NCBI GenBank assembly: GCA_965218795.1
Contig: OZ244653.1
Span: forward strand, 1,632,001 to 1,696,000
Length of the DNA stretch: 64,000 bases
Reading direction: 5' to 3'
DNA from: a bacterium
GTDB taxonomy: Bacteria; UBA8248; JACPRG01; G963555815
Within the stretch, counting starts at the first letter, position 1. The number at the start of each line of letters is the position of its first letter. Made by a program: the position numbers and the translations under genes. This document shows, piece by piece, positions 20,733-30,276 of the stretch. Below the pieces are notes generated by a model, which ran no database searches, was not told where the DNA came from, and was given only the letters and a program-made list of their open reading frames with translations.

Positions 20733-22532
20733 TCAGCCAATCCCCAACATCTCCCGGGCGTGCCGGCGCGTGGCCGCGGTAATTTCTTCCCCCCCCGACA
20801 TCCGGGCGATCTCCTCCACCCGCTCCTCGGGGCCCAGCGGCCGGATGGTCGTGCGGGTCCGCTTCCCGCCGGCCTCTTTGGAAATGAGAAAATGGGCCCG
20901 GGCAAGGGATGCAATCTGCGGCAGGTGGGTGATGCAGAAGACCTGGCGGCTCAGGGCGATCGCCTGGAGTTTCTTTCCGACCACCTCGGCAACGGCCCCG
21001 CCGATGCCCGCATCCACCTCGTCAAAGACCAGAGAGGGCACGCGGTCCCTGTCCGCTAGCACGGCCTTGACGGCCAGCATGACGCGGGAAAGCTCTCCAC
21101 CGGAAACGATTCGAGCCAGGGGACGGACGCCCTCGCCGACGTTGGGCTCGAACTGAAACTCCGCCCGGTCCACCCCGTCGTCGTACAACCGCAGCCGCCG
21201 GCCGTCACGCTCCACGGTCCCGCCGGGGTCTTCATCCGATTGAAGACCGACGAGAAACCCGACCTTCTCCATGCCCAGACCTTGCAACTCCTTCTCGACG
21301 GCCTGGCCGAGGCGCTTCGCCGCTTTCCGGCGCTCGCCCGAAAGCGCCAACGCCGCGGCGGTGACGCGGGGGCGGCAGGCCTCGATCTCCCGGGAGAGGG
21401 TCTCCAGCGTCTCGTCGCGGCGCGAGAGCCCTTCCAGCTCCGACTCCGCCCGGCCCTTGTACGCCAGAACCTCTTCGAGGGATCCGCCGTACTTCTTCTT
21501 GAGGGTTCGGATGGCGTCCAGGCGTTCTTCCACGGCGCGCTGCCTGCCGGGGTCGAACTCGACGCCGTCGGCGTATTGCCGCAGCCGCTGCGCGGCGTCT
21601 TCCACCTGCGCGGCGGCTGATTGAAGCTCCTCGGACAACTCCCGCACGGCCGTGTCGAGACCTGCCAGCCGCTCGACCCCCGCCGCGCTCTCCGCCAGGT
21701 CGTCCGCTACGGAACCCTCCGATTCGTACAGTCTTTCGTGGGCCTCCCGGGCCAGGTTGTGGCGTTCCTCCGCGGATGCGAGCAACGCCGATTCCTCTTC
21801 GAGCGACCGATCCTCGCCCGCCTGGAGATGGACGCTCTCAATCTCACGGATGTGAAAACGAAGAAGGTCGATGCGGTCCCGCTGGTCGGCCTCGCTCCTT
21901 GAAAGCTCGGCCCATTTCAACTCCAGCCGCCGATACTCCGCAATGACCTCGACCACCTCGGCGCGGCGCGAGCGAGTCCCTCCGAAATCGTCGAGGATGG
22001 CCAAATGGTTCTCGGGGTAGAGCAGACGCTGGTGCTGGTGCTGACCGTGAACATCGACCAGATATTCGCCGGCCGAATCCAGCATCGACAGGGTGACCGG
22101 GCTCCCGTTGATGAAGCAACGGTTTTTTCCTTCGGCCGATACGACCCGTCGAAACACGATCGTTCCGTCCTCATCCGGCTCCACGCCGAATTCCCGTACC
22201 CGCTCCAGCACCTCGGCCCCGGGGCCGCCCGCGGACCCCTGGAACAAGGCCTCGACGGTCGCTTCCTTCGCGCCGGCCCGGATCAGCTCGGATGACGCCC
22301 GGCCCCCCAGGATCAGCTGAAGCGCCCCGAAGATAATGGATTTGCCCGCACCGGTTTCCCCCGTCAAAACGGTCAAACCGGGACCGAATTCCACGGAAAG
22401 CTTCTCGATGAGCGCGAAGTTCTGGATCCGAAGCGCTGCCAGCAAGGGTGCGTCTCCCCGGGATGCGGGTCCTCCACCCAAAGCATTGCGCCGGTCAGGT
22501 CGAGGGCGGCCGTCGACCGGATTCTCCGACAC
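20733..22532 (-). CDS. recN: DNA repair protein RecN
   Basis: LTGETGAGKS, VDVHGQHQHQ, SGGELSR, FDEVDAGIGG, CITHLPQIA; start may be the TTG near 22445. Confidence 0.96.
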   Translation of the reverse strand: MSENPVDGRPRPDRRNALGGGPASRGDAPLLAALRIQNFALIEKLSVEFGPGLTVLTGETGAGKSIIFGALQLILGGRASSELIRAGAKEATVEALFQGSAGGPGAEVLERVREFGVEPDEDGTIVFRRVVSAEGKNRCFINGSPVTLSMLDSAGEYLVDVHGQHQHQRLLYPENHLAILDDFGGTRSRRAEVVEVIAEYRRLELKWAELSRSEADQRDRIDLLRFHIREIESVHLQAGEDRSLEEESALLASAEERHNLAREAHERLYESEGSVADDLAESAAGVERLAGLDTAVRELSEELQSAAAQVEDAAQRLRQYADGVEFDPGRQRAVEERLDAIRTLKKKYGGSLEEVLAYKGRAESELEGLSRRDETLETLSREIEACRPRVTAAALALSGERRKAAKRLGQAVEKELQGLGMEKVGFLVGLQSDEDPGGTVERDGRRLRLYDDGVDRAEFQFEPNVGEGVRPLARIVSGGELSRVMLAVKAVLADRDRVPSLVFDEVDAGIGGAVAEVVGKKLQAIALSRQVFCITHLPQIASLARAHFLISKEAGGKRTRTTIRPLGPEERVEEIARMSGGEEITAATRRHAREMLGIG

Positions 22533-23448
22533 CGCGGGACTCCGCGGCGGAGGGTATGGCGCCCTCGTCCGCGGTCGGGTTGGGGGCCATTCCCAGCTGC
22601 CCCCCCCAGCCCAGCTTGTTGCGGAGGAGACTGAAATAATCGTTTTCAGGGAGTTTGATCAATCGAACGTCATGGGGGCTCTTCTGGACCTCCACCACGT
22701 CCTGCGGCTCAAGCGGACATCCCACCTGGCCGTCCATCGTGACGTGAACGTCCTGCCCGTGCGTCTTCAAGACAACGGTGACGCTGACGCTGTCAGGGAG
22801 AACCAGCGGGCGATTGGACAAGGTAAAGGGGCAAATGGGATTCAGGATGATCGCCGGGAGAGAGGGCATGAGGATGGGGCCCCCGGCTGAAATGGAATGG
22901 CCCGTGGAGCCGGTGGGGCTCGAAAGGATCAATCCATCGGCCCGATAGGTCGTGACGAACCGTCCGTCCACGTACGCCTCCAACTCGATAATCCGGGCCA
23001 GGGCGCCCTTGGCGATCACGATGTCATTCAGGGCCTCTTTCGAAAAGACCGGATCCCCTTCCCGGAGCACCCGGCCCCGGAGGAGCGGACGGACATCGAT
23101 ACCATGTTCACCGGCGAAGATCCGCTCCAATGCGGCGTACAGGTGATCCTGCGGCACCTCCGTCAAAAACCCCAGACTCCCGAGATTGACTCCCAGTATC
23201 GGCACGTCCAGCCCCACCGCGTCGCGGGCCATGGACAACATGGTGCCGTCCCCGCCCAGGACGACCAGGAGGTGCGCCTGTCCCGGAATCTCTTCCCGCG
23301 GATAAGGCGACGACCTGCCGATCAAGGCCGCCGAGTCTCGATCCAGGATGACATCGAGCCGGCGCTTTTCCAGCCATTCCACCAACCGGAGCAGAGCGGT
23401 TTCAGCCATCTCCTTTTTCGGTTTACAAACAATTCCGATTCTGGTCAT
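22495..23448 (-). CDS. nadK: NAD kinase
   Basis: LGGDGT, GVNLGSLGFL, ALND, ADGLILSSPTGSTG. Confidence 0.95.
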   Translation of the reverse strand: MTRIGIVCKPKKEMAETALLRLVEWLEKRRLDVILDRDSAALIGRSSPYPREEIPGQAHLLVVLGGDGTMLSMARDAVGLDVPILGVNLGSLGFLTEVPQDHLYAALERIFAGEHGIDVRPLLRGRVLREGDPVFSKEALNDIVIAKGALARIIELEAYVDGRFVTTYRADGLILSSPTGSTGHSISAGGPILMPSLPAIILNPICPFTLSNRPLVLPDSVSVTVVLKTHGQDVHVTMDGQVGCPLEPQDVVEVQKSPHDVRLIKLPENDYFSLLRNKLGWGGQLGMAPNPTADEGAIPSAAESRGVGESGRRPPST

Positions 23449-23457
23449 GATGCGCAG

Positions 23458-24210
23458 TCACCCGGGTCTGATAACGCCTTTGGAAAATACCGGTACGACC
23501 CGACTCCAATTCGTCCGGGCGCAGAATTCCAGGTCCGGACCCAGGCCCAAACTCATCAGGTGCCTGCCCCAGTCCGATTTCCGGAGCATCCCGGGAAGGT
23601 CCGATCGATAATGCCGGTAAAGATTCCAACACGCAGAAGCCGAATCGGTCAATTCTGACTGTCCGCTCTTCACCCGATCGACAATCAACCCCGCGCAAAC
23701 CGCATCTTCGAGACAGAAGCGTCCCGCTCTCCCGGAGCACAGAACGTGAAGGGACTCTTTCCTCCCGTGACCCTGCTGTTTCGCCGCCCGGCGCGCCACC
23801 GCATGCGCGTTCCCGAACGAAGCCAGCCAGATGTTCCGCGCCCCCAGGGCCGAGACCGCTTTGATCGTCCGCGTCCCGTTGACCGTTGTGTGAACCAGCT
23901 CCCTCCCCGCAACACGTTCGGGGATGAATTCGCGCGGCGAGTTCCCCAGATCGAATCCCCGGATCGGCTTCCCGTTTCGCTCGCCGCCCAGCAGACGGCC
24001 CTTCGAATGGGAGTCCCTGCGCAGGCGTCGGGCCTCGGCGATCCCGGTCGTCGGCACCATCGCCACGCATCCAGCCTCGAAGGCGGCCACGATGGTTGAT
24101 GTCGCCCGCAGGACGTCGATGACGATCCAAACGGCCCGGCGGGCCTCGGTTCTTCCGATTTCCCCAACCACGGCGGGAAGCTCAGCCCAGGAATAGAGCG
24201 CCCGGATCAT
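23458..24210 (-). CDS. comB: 2-phosphosulfolactate phosphatase family protein
   Basis: VIDVLRATSTI, GERNG, FDLGNSP, TTVNGT, LEDAVCAG. Confidence 0.9.
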   Translation of the reverse strand: MIRALYSWAELPAVVGEIGRTEARRAVWIVIDVLRATSTIVAAFEAGCVAMVPTTGIAEARRLRRDSHSKGRLLGGERNGKPIRGFDLGNSPREFIPERVAGRELVHTTVNGTRTIKAVSALGARNIWLASFGNAHAVARRAAKQQGHGRKESLHVLCSGRAGRFCLEDAVCAGLIVDRVKSGQSELTDSASACWNLYRHYRSDLPGMLRKSDWGRHLMSLGLGPDLEFCARTNWSRVVPVFSKGVIRPG

Positions 24211-26846
24211 CGATCCTGTCCGTCTTCTTTGCGCACCTCATCCGGCGCATCATCCACACGGAGCAGTTTCCCCTTTCCCATCATTTCACGCTTCTCCGCC
24301 CAGGAAGCATATTCTTCCCTTGCCGCGATGAGAATCACCTGCGCGCCTTCGGCGAGTTCCTGCAGCCATGCCAACGCCCGCTCCCGCGCTTGATCGTCAT
24401 AATGGACGAACGGATCATCCAGAATCAAAGGAAGGGGCTCCCCGCCCCCAAGCCATTCGAGGCAGGCCGCGCGCATTGCGAGGAAGAGATGATCCGCCGT
24501 CGCACGGCTCAGGTTGGGAGGCTCGACACTCGGGTTGCCCGGCAGGGAGAGCGTGACCGCGGGCCATCGGGTGGTCAGATCCACGCCGTATTCCGGCCCG
24601 ACGACCCGACGAAACTGCTGCTCGACCCTTTCCTGAAGCCGGGGAAGGTAGGCATCCTCCAGTTCCCGGGCCGCCTCCTCCAGGGTTTCCGCCGCCACCC
24701 CATGTGCGCGGTGAAGCCGATCAAGATCCTTCAGGCGATCGTCAATCTCATTCAACCTTTCCTGTAACGTCTCTGGCGAGAGAAAACCCGCGCGCAGCTT
24801 TTCTTCCAGGACGGCGCCTGCCTGCATAAACTCTGTCCGCTGGTCCGGGACGGTCACCTTCAGGGCCTCCTCCTCTTTCCGCCACGCCTCCAGCTCTTCG
24901 GTGGAGGGATTGAAAAGCCCATACTCTCCTTCCTGGTGTTCCCGCTCCAAGTCCCGGCGCTTCCGATCCAGCTCATCGAGCCGGGATTCGGCAGCGTCCT
25001 CGCTCCCTTCGGCCAAGAGTTCCTTCTCGCGGGCCGACAGTTCATCGCGCGCTCTGAGGAGTTCTTGCGTCCGCCCGTGCCGCTCCGTCAATGCGTCTTC
25101 GTCCACCGATCCGAAATTGCGGAGGGTTTCGGCCAGGCCGTGTTGGAAGCCTTCCAGCTTTTCTCCGATCTCCTGAAGGTCGGATTCAGCGCGCTGAAGG
25201 AGACGCTCGGTGGATTCAAGCCCGGGCCGGAACTCCCGAAATTTTTTCAGACCCGATCGGGCCTCTTCCGCCGAAACGACGCCGACGGCTTGAAACAAGC
25301 GGGCCATCGCTTCCTCGGGGGAGGAATCACCCCCCTCCCTGCCCTCCCCCTCAAGGGGGGAGGAATCGCCGCCTCTCTCGGGTTCGACGCCGGGAGGGGG
25401 GGATTCCGGTTCCCGGACAGTCCGTCCCGCCCGGGATTTTCTCAGGATGCGTCGATTGAGCAAGACCAAAGCCCAGAGGAGGAGAGGAAATGCAAGCCCC
25501 AGGGAGACGAACATGATCAGGTGAAAACGTCCCGTCATCATGCGGTCCAAAAAGGGCGTCGCGAAGACAAGCGCGAAGAGGGAGAAGGCGAAACCGATCT
25601 TGCGCCACGATGGGGCGGAGCGACCTTTCCCATCATCGGTCAGGGCGCCTGCTCCGGCCGGGCGACCCGCGAAGGATTTTTCCAAAACGGCCTTTTCCCA
25701 AAGGGGCAGCTTCTCATCGATCCAGTCCGCGCGTTCTCCGAAAACCGCGAGTCCGGCCATTTGGTCCTGAAGGGTTTCGAGTTTCTCGCGCAGACCGGAT
25801 ACTTCCGAACCCAGTTCAGCGGATCGCTTGTCCGCCGCGTCCCGCTTTGCCCGGAGGGCGGGGAGCTCCAGAGTCACGACGCGTTTCAACCCATCCGTGT
25901 CGCCCATCTCATCGAGGCTTGCGGCAACCGAAGAGAGCCGTTCCCGAATCCCGCGAAGCCGGCGGAGACGCCGGCTCAACGTCTCGGCCTCCGCTTCTAC
26001 AGCGGCGCGGTCCGATTCCAAAGCCTCCTTTCGCTTCCATCTCTTCATCAGGCCCTGGAGTTCATCCAGCCGCCCTTCCCGCTCCGGAAGCTGCTCCTCC
26101 AGCAGGCGTCTCCGGTCCGACAAATCGAGAATCGACTGACGGGACGCCCGGGCGTCGGCCAATCGAGCTTCGACGCTTTCGCGTTCATCCAATAACCGAT
26201 CATACTCTCTCGGATTGGCGGGCCGATGCCCCTGCCTGCCCTCGGATTTCACGTCCCGCTGGGCCGATCGCAGACCGGAAACCATGGCGGAAACATCCCC
26301 TTGAGGCACGCCGGAAACCAGGCCCCTGAGGATCTCTCCAATACGTTCCAGGCAGGACGGCTCGGCAATCCGGCCGAGATCCCCTTGGCGCAGATAGGCC
26401 GAGGCGAGGAACAGGTCCGCGCGATCAATCCCGGTGACTTCCTTGAGAAGGGACATGATTTCCGATGACGCAGAGGACCGGAGGCTCCACCCTGTCCCCT
26501 CGCGCTTGTAGAGCGCGGCCCTTCCCGTGTTCAGGTCCCTCTCGAGCCGAAACGCCTCTCCCCCTGAACCCCATTCAACAGCCGTTGCGGCTTCGGGATT
26601 CGTCCTTGTTCCCGACTCACCCGCTCCATCGCTCAGGCCGGGCCAGGTCAGCAGATCGGATTTCGCCAAAGGGCTGCGGGTTCCCGACCGGTCCGGACCG
26701 TAGAGGGCGGCGGCCAAGGCGTCCGCCAGGCTGGTCTTTCCAGCCCGATTGGGGCCGACGAGCACGTTCAGACCGGGCGAGAACTCGAAGCGCCGGAACG
26801 TACGGTATACGCGGACGCCCGAAATTTCGAGGGCGATGATCTTCAT
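24207..26846 (-). CDS. SbcC/Rad50-like coiled-coil AAA ATPase (YhaN-like, two central TM segments)
   Basis: GPNRAGKT Walker A, long coiled coil, LPLILDDPFVHYD. Confidence 0.85.
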   Translation of the reverse strand: MKIIALEISGVRVYRTFRRFEFSPGLNVLVGPNRAGKTSLADALAAALYGPDRSGTRSPLAKSDLLTWPGLSDGAGESGTRTNPEAATAVEWGSGGEAFRLERDLNTGRAALYKREGTGWSLRSSASSEIMSLLKEVTGIDRADLFLASAYLRQGDLGRIAEPSCLERIGEILRGLVSGVPQGDVSAMVSGLRSAQRDVKSEGRQGHRPANPREYDRLLDERESVEARLADARASRQSILDLSDRRRLLEEQLPEREGRLDELQGLMKRWKRKEALESDRAAVEAEAETLSRRLRRLRGIRERLSSVAASLDEMGDTDGLKRVVTLELPALRAKRDAADKRSAELGSEVSGLREKLETLQDQMAGLAVFGERADWIDEKLPLWEKAVLEKSFAGRPAGAGALTDDGKGRSAPSWRKIGFAFSLFALVFATPFLDRMMTGRFHLIMFVSLGLAFPLLLWALVLLNRRILRKSRAGRTVREPESPPPGVEPERGGDSSPLEGEGREGGDSSPEEAMARLFQAVGVVSAEEARSGLKKFREFRPGLESTERLLQRAESDLQEIGEKLEGFQHGLAETLRNFGSVDEDALTERHGRTQELLRARDELSAREKELLAEGSEDAAESRLDELDRKRRDLEREHQEGEYGLFNPSTEELEAWRKEEEALKVTVPDQRTEFMQAGAVLEEKLRAGFLSPETLQERLNEIDDRLKDLDRLHRAHGVAAETLEEAARELEDAYLPRLQERVEQQFRRVVGPEYGVDLTTRWPAVTLSLPGNPSVEPPNLSRATADHLFLAMRAACLEWLGGGEPLPLILDDPFVHYDDQARERALAWLQELAEGAQVILIAAREEYASWAEKREMMGKGKLLRVDDAPDEVRKEDGQDR

Positions 26847-28018
26847 GAGGTCGAGGCGGGCGGCAATCCGGACCCGGCTTTCGCGCGTTCGGCGGCAGCC
26901 ATGCCGAGCCGCAGAGCCAATTCGTTGACAACCTTCTCTTCACCTTCGGCCTGTTCGATGTCGGCGAGGAGCTTGTTGCAGAAGCGGCCCAGGATATAGC
27001 GGTCGTCATCGGGAATGTCGCCGGGGACCGAAATTCCGCTCCAGTCCACGCGGAAATGAAAGAAACTCCCCGAAAAACGCTCCTCCAGCCGTTGCGAGCA
27101 TTCCCACACTTCGAGGGAAGGAGCGCCCCGGAGGCGAACCCCGACCAGAGCGTCCGGAGAGGCGGCCCCCCGAATCTCGGTCAGCAGGCTTTCCGGGTCC
27201 GCGCATTGCGACAGGTCAACGTCCAGGATGCGAATCAAACGCCCCCCGGTCGTCTCGGGCTGGATCCGGACCTCGGTCCGCCCCTCCAGAATCTCCAATT
27301 CACCCGAAACATACGTCCGCTCCCCGGCTTCGCTCGGGTGCACCCGGAGGCCGACCGGAGAGCCGGGGTAGGCGGCGAGCGGACGCCCGCCCGTTTCCCT
27401 GAACCGGTGATAATGTCCGAGGGCCACATAATCGAACGGCAGGCGGGCGATCTCCTCCTCGCTGAACGGAGCTTCGACATAACCCTCGCCTATCACGTCC
27501 AACGACCCATGAAGGAGGAAGATCCGGGAACGCTGAGCAGGACTGTCATCGAAAGCAAGGTCTGCGATTGGACGCCTTTCAGGATGCTTCTCGTCATAGG
27601 CCGTTCCGAAGACGTCGACGGGCCGGTCGACCAGCGATACCTTTTGCAAAGCGGGACGGCTGAACACGTGGACGCCAACCGATTCCAGTTCCGTCCAGAC
27701 CCCGCCCGGGATGAAGCAATCGTGATTGCCGGGGATGGCGAACGCGCGGACGCCTGCTTCCTGCAGGCGGCGGAAGCCTTCGCGGGCCGCCTCACGATCG
27801 GCCGGCGGGGGGCATGGCGAATCGAACAGGTCTCCGGCGACGAGGAACAGGTCGATGGAATCCTGAACAGCCCGATCGACCATTTTCCGGAAGGCGCCCC
27901 GGATATCCCCGCGACGTTCCTCCGCCCGCGAGCCGAGGGAATCGAAGGGCCGCCCCAAATGCACGTCGGCCGTGTGCAAGAAAGAAATGGTTCGGGAGGG
28001 ATTGACGGCCATCGGCAA
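26843..28018 (-). CDS. SbcD/Mre11-like DNA repair exonuclease (YhaO-like)
   Basis: HTADVHLG, AGDLFD, PGNHD, DYVALGHYH, YPGSP. Confidence 0.9.
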   Translation of the reverse strand: MPMAVNPSRTISFLHTADVHLGRPFDSLGSRAEERRGDIRGAFRKMVDRAVQDSIDLFLVAGDLFDSPCPPPADREAAREGFRRLQEAGVRAFAIPGNHDCFIPGGVWTELESVGVHVFSRPALQKVSLVDRPVDVFGTAYDEKHPERRPIADLAFDDSPAQRSRIFLLHGSLDVIGEGYVEAPFSEEEIARLPFDYVALGHYHRFRETGGRPLAAYPGSPVGLRVHPSEAGERTYVSGELEILEGRTEVRIQPETTGGRLIRILDVDLSQCADPESLLTEIRGAASPDALVGVRLRGAPSLEVWECSQRLEERFSGSFFHFRVDWSGISVPGDIPDDDRYILGRFCNKLLADIEQAEGEEKVVNELALRLGMAAAERAKAGSGLPPASTS

Positions 28019-28088
28019 TCTCGAGTGAGGTAATCCAGGCTGTCATTGTACGTTGGCCGTTTTGGGGCAATCAAGGCGGGTCGGGGTA

Positions 28089-28240
28089 TGGATTCCCGCC
28101 TGCGCGGGAATGACCAGTCGGGAGGGTTGCGTGACGCTGTTTCGTCATTCCCGCGCAGGCGGGAATCCAGGAAAAGGACCACCCCGAACTACGTGCCCCC
28201 CAACCGGTCAGTCCTGCCCCCCATAGAAGCCTTCGGGGAG
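28089..28240. repeat. REP doublet (REPIN-like)
   Basis: ggattcccgcctgcgcgggaatgac...gtcattcccgcgcaggcgggaatcc; a related inverted copy lies at 38023-38160. Confidence 0.75.
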
Positions 28241-28507
28241 ATCGGGGGAACCTGAACATTCAGAGCAACGCGTCCCTTGACACGCCTGAACAATTGAAGG
28301 GTGAGGGGTACGTTATCACGGCCAAGCCAGAGGAAGACCAATCTACTTTAAAAATTTAAACGATCAGATATTTTAAATCGGAGTTATACCTTTGACGAAC
28401 CGGGCCACCATATGTAGATCACGCCAGCCGCACGGCTAACCACAAGATGTAGGGAGGGGCCGTTTAACTCCTTCCCCCGCCCTACGTGCGCAAACGGGGC
28501 GGCACTG

Positions 28508-29023
28508 TCAGGTGATTACCATCTCTGTACAAACCTTCCATTCGCCGCCATCATGAGACTTATCCGATAAACTCCAAAGCTTTTTGTCGACTGCACTACG
28601 CACATTGTCGGGAGCAAGAACGTATCCTTCAACATCAATCCCGCGCGGTTGAGGTTTTAAGAGAATTACGATCCATGGCTTTTTCTCTAATTCCAATAAT
28701 AACCGTCTGATGATTGCAGGAAATTGTTTCTTCGGGGCCGCTGAGAATTCAAACCCGCTACCATCTCGCTCTAAAGCCGCTCTGACAAACTCTCTTTCCG
28801 ATTTTGTGGTCTTAATCTCACCAAGGAAGCAGTCCAGATACTCCTTTCGAAGTCCCCAGAAACCTGCTTCATCACTGCAAACCTTAAGGTATACAGTCCC
28901 GTCAAACCCTGCTTCAACGCTGTAAAGTTGAGCAGGAGGCGAAAATTGCACAAGGGTAAGTCCCAACTCCTTCAATCCATCGACAAAGAACTTCCGCAGC
29001 TCATCCGCTTCCCGTTTCCCCAT
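28508..29023 (-). CDS. Hypothetical protein (AT-rich islet)
   Basis: 171-aa ORF with RBS ggagagg; no recognised motif. Confidence 0.55.
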   Translation of the reverse strand: MGKREADELRKFFVDGLKELGLTLVQFSPPAQLYSVEAGFDGTVYLKVCSDEAGFWGLRKEYLDCFLGEIKTTKSEREFVRAALERDGSGFEFSAAPKKQFPAIIRRLLLELEKKPWIVILLKPQPRGIDVEGYVLAPDNVRSAVDKKLWSLSDKSHDGGEWKVCTEMVIT

Positions 29024-29072
29024 GTCAACCTCTCCCTCGGAGTCCCTCGGAAACCGATGTCAGGGCCACAGT

Positions 29073-29321
29073 CTATCCCAAAATCTCAAGGTGCCTCCTG
29101 GCGCATTCCAAGTCGATTTCCAGTTGGTTGATCATGTGTTTAATGTGGCCTTTTTCAATCTCAGGATTGGCCTTCCCGTGCTCTCCTTTTGAGAAAAAAA
29201 CTGTTTTCCCGTTGTAAGAAACCCAAAGTTTATGTGTCTTGGCCTTGATTGAATAACCAGGGGCGCACTCATCAAGCATCTTACATATTTTTTTCAGACG
29301 AGTGCGCCCCGAAGTTCCCAT
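29073..29321 (-). CDS. HicA-like small protein (putative toxin)
   Basis: 82 aa, basic; helix / K-T-H beta strands / H..PEI..G.IK.MI..L pattern of the HicA fold. Confidence 0.45.
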   Translation of the reverse strand: MGTSGRTRLKKICKMLDECAPGYSIKAKTHKLWVSYNGKTVFFSKGEHGKANPEIEKGHIKHMINQLEIDLECARRHLEILG

Positions 29322-29324
29322 AGT

Positions 29325-29798
29325 TTAGGCGGCGAGGGCCTGAGGTGCATCGATGAGGATGTTGTCTGCCGGGGTGAACTGCTCCACCTTTTTGACGGTG
29401 ACTTTCACTTCCGTTTCTTCTGCGGATTTTATGGGTAACCCTTCCTCGGTGTGCTTTTCTTCTCTCACTCGCTTGACGGCGTTCCACCATTCTTTTTCTG
29501 TTAGGTGAGAAATATCATGGAAGAAGGCTTCGACCAGCAACTTGAATTCGTTAAAATCTTTTGTTTCTGATGCAATATCGAAAAGAACGGCCTTATAGGT
29601 TTGCCTGAATTTGGCATAAGCCTCGCTTCCGTTTTCTCCGCCTTCTGCTATGCCTCCGGGCTGGACGCCGTTCATCCAGACCTCTCCTTCGTCGCGCACG
29701 GCCAATGCCCGGCCTTGAGCCTCGATGTCCGCCAAGAAACCGTTACCAGAAACCTTGTCTCTGAACGTAAACAGCAAGGGAAGCTTGTTCATTGCCAT
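29325..29798 (-). CDS. HicB-like protein (putative antitoxin)
   Basis: W..GVQPGGIAEGGENGSEAYAKF resembles the HicB PG...G.T.EEA core. Confidence 0.45.
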   Translation of the reverse strand: MAMNKLPLLFTFRDKVSGNGFLADIEAQGRALAVRDEGEVWMNGVQPGGIAEGGENGSEAYAKFRQTYKAVLFDIASETKDFNEFKLLVEAFFHDISHLTEKEWWNAVKRVREEKHTEEGLPIKSAEETEVKVTVKKVEQFTPADNILIDAPQALAA

Positions 29799-30276
29799 GG
29801 CTTCTCTCCTTTTTACAAACCCGCCGAATGGAACGGCATATGGGTGAAGGCGTACTTCACCCTTTCGCGCTCTGTACAGCTAATATGGACATGTCAGGTA
29901 ATATATAATGTATGTTGAAGTCAGGAAGCGCGCCAAGGGGTTAAAACTTCCTTTCCTCAAAACCTCGTCCAGCCCCGAATAACCCGGCCGATCATCTTGA
30001 ACTGCTACGCCTCTTCCGACCCGCCCATATGCCAAAACAGGGTTGGGAATTCTTTCTTGTCAGCATTGTCGGATTCAACTAAGCAGATACCTTCATGGTC
30101 TGTCAATCGAATCTCGGGGTATCATGGCCCAAATCGAATGGCCCGGCATTCATCGGAATTCGGTATGTTTTCAAGACGGACATCCGATCGACGGCGTTGC
30201 CGCCCCTCTCCCCGTCCCTCTCCCGGTGGGAGAGGGTGTTCATACTGGGCCCATCGGGGCAAGGGGGCAGGCGCGA

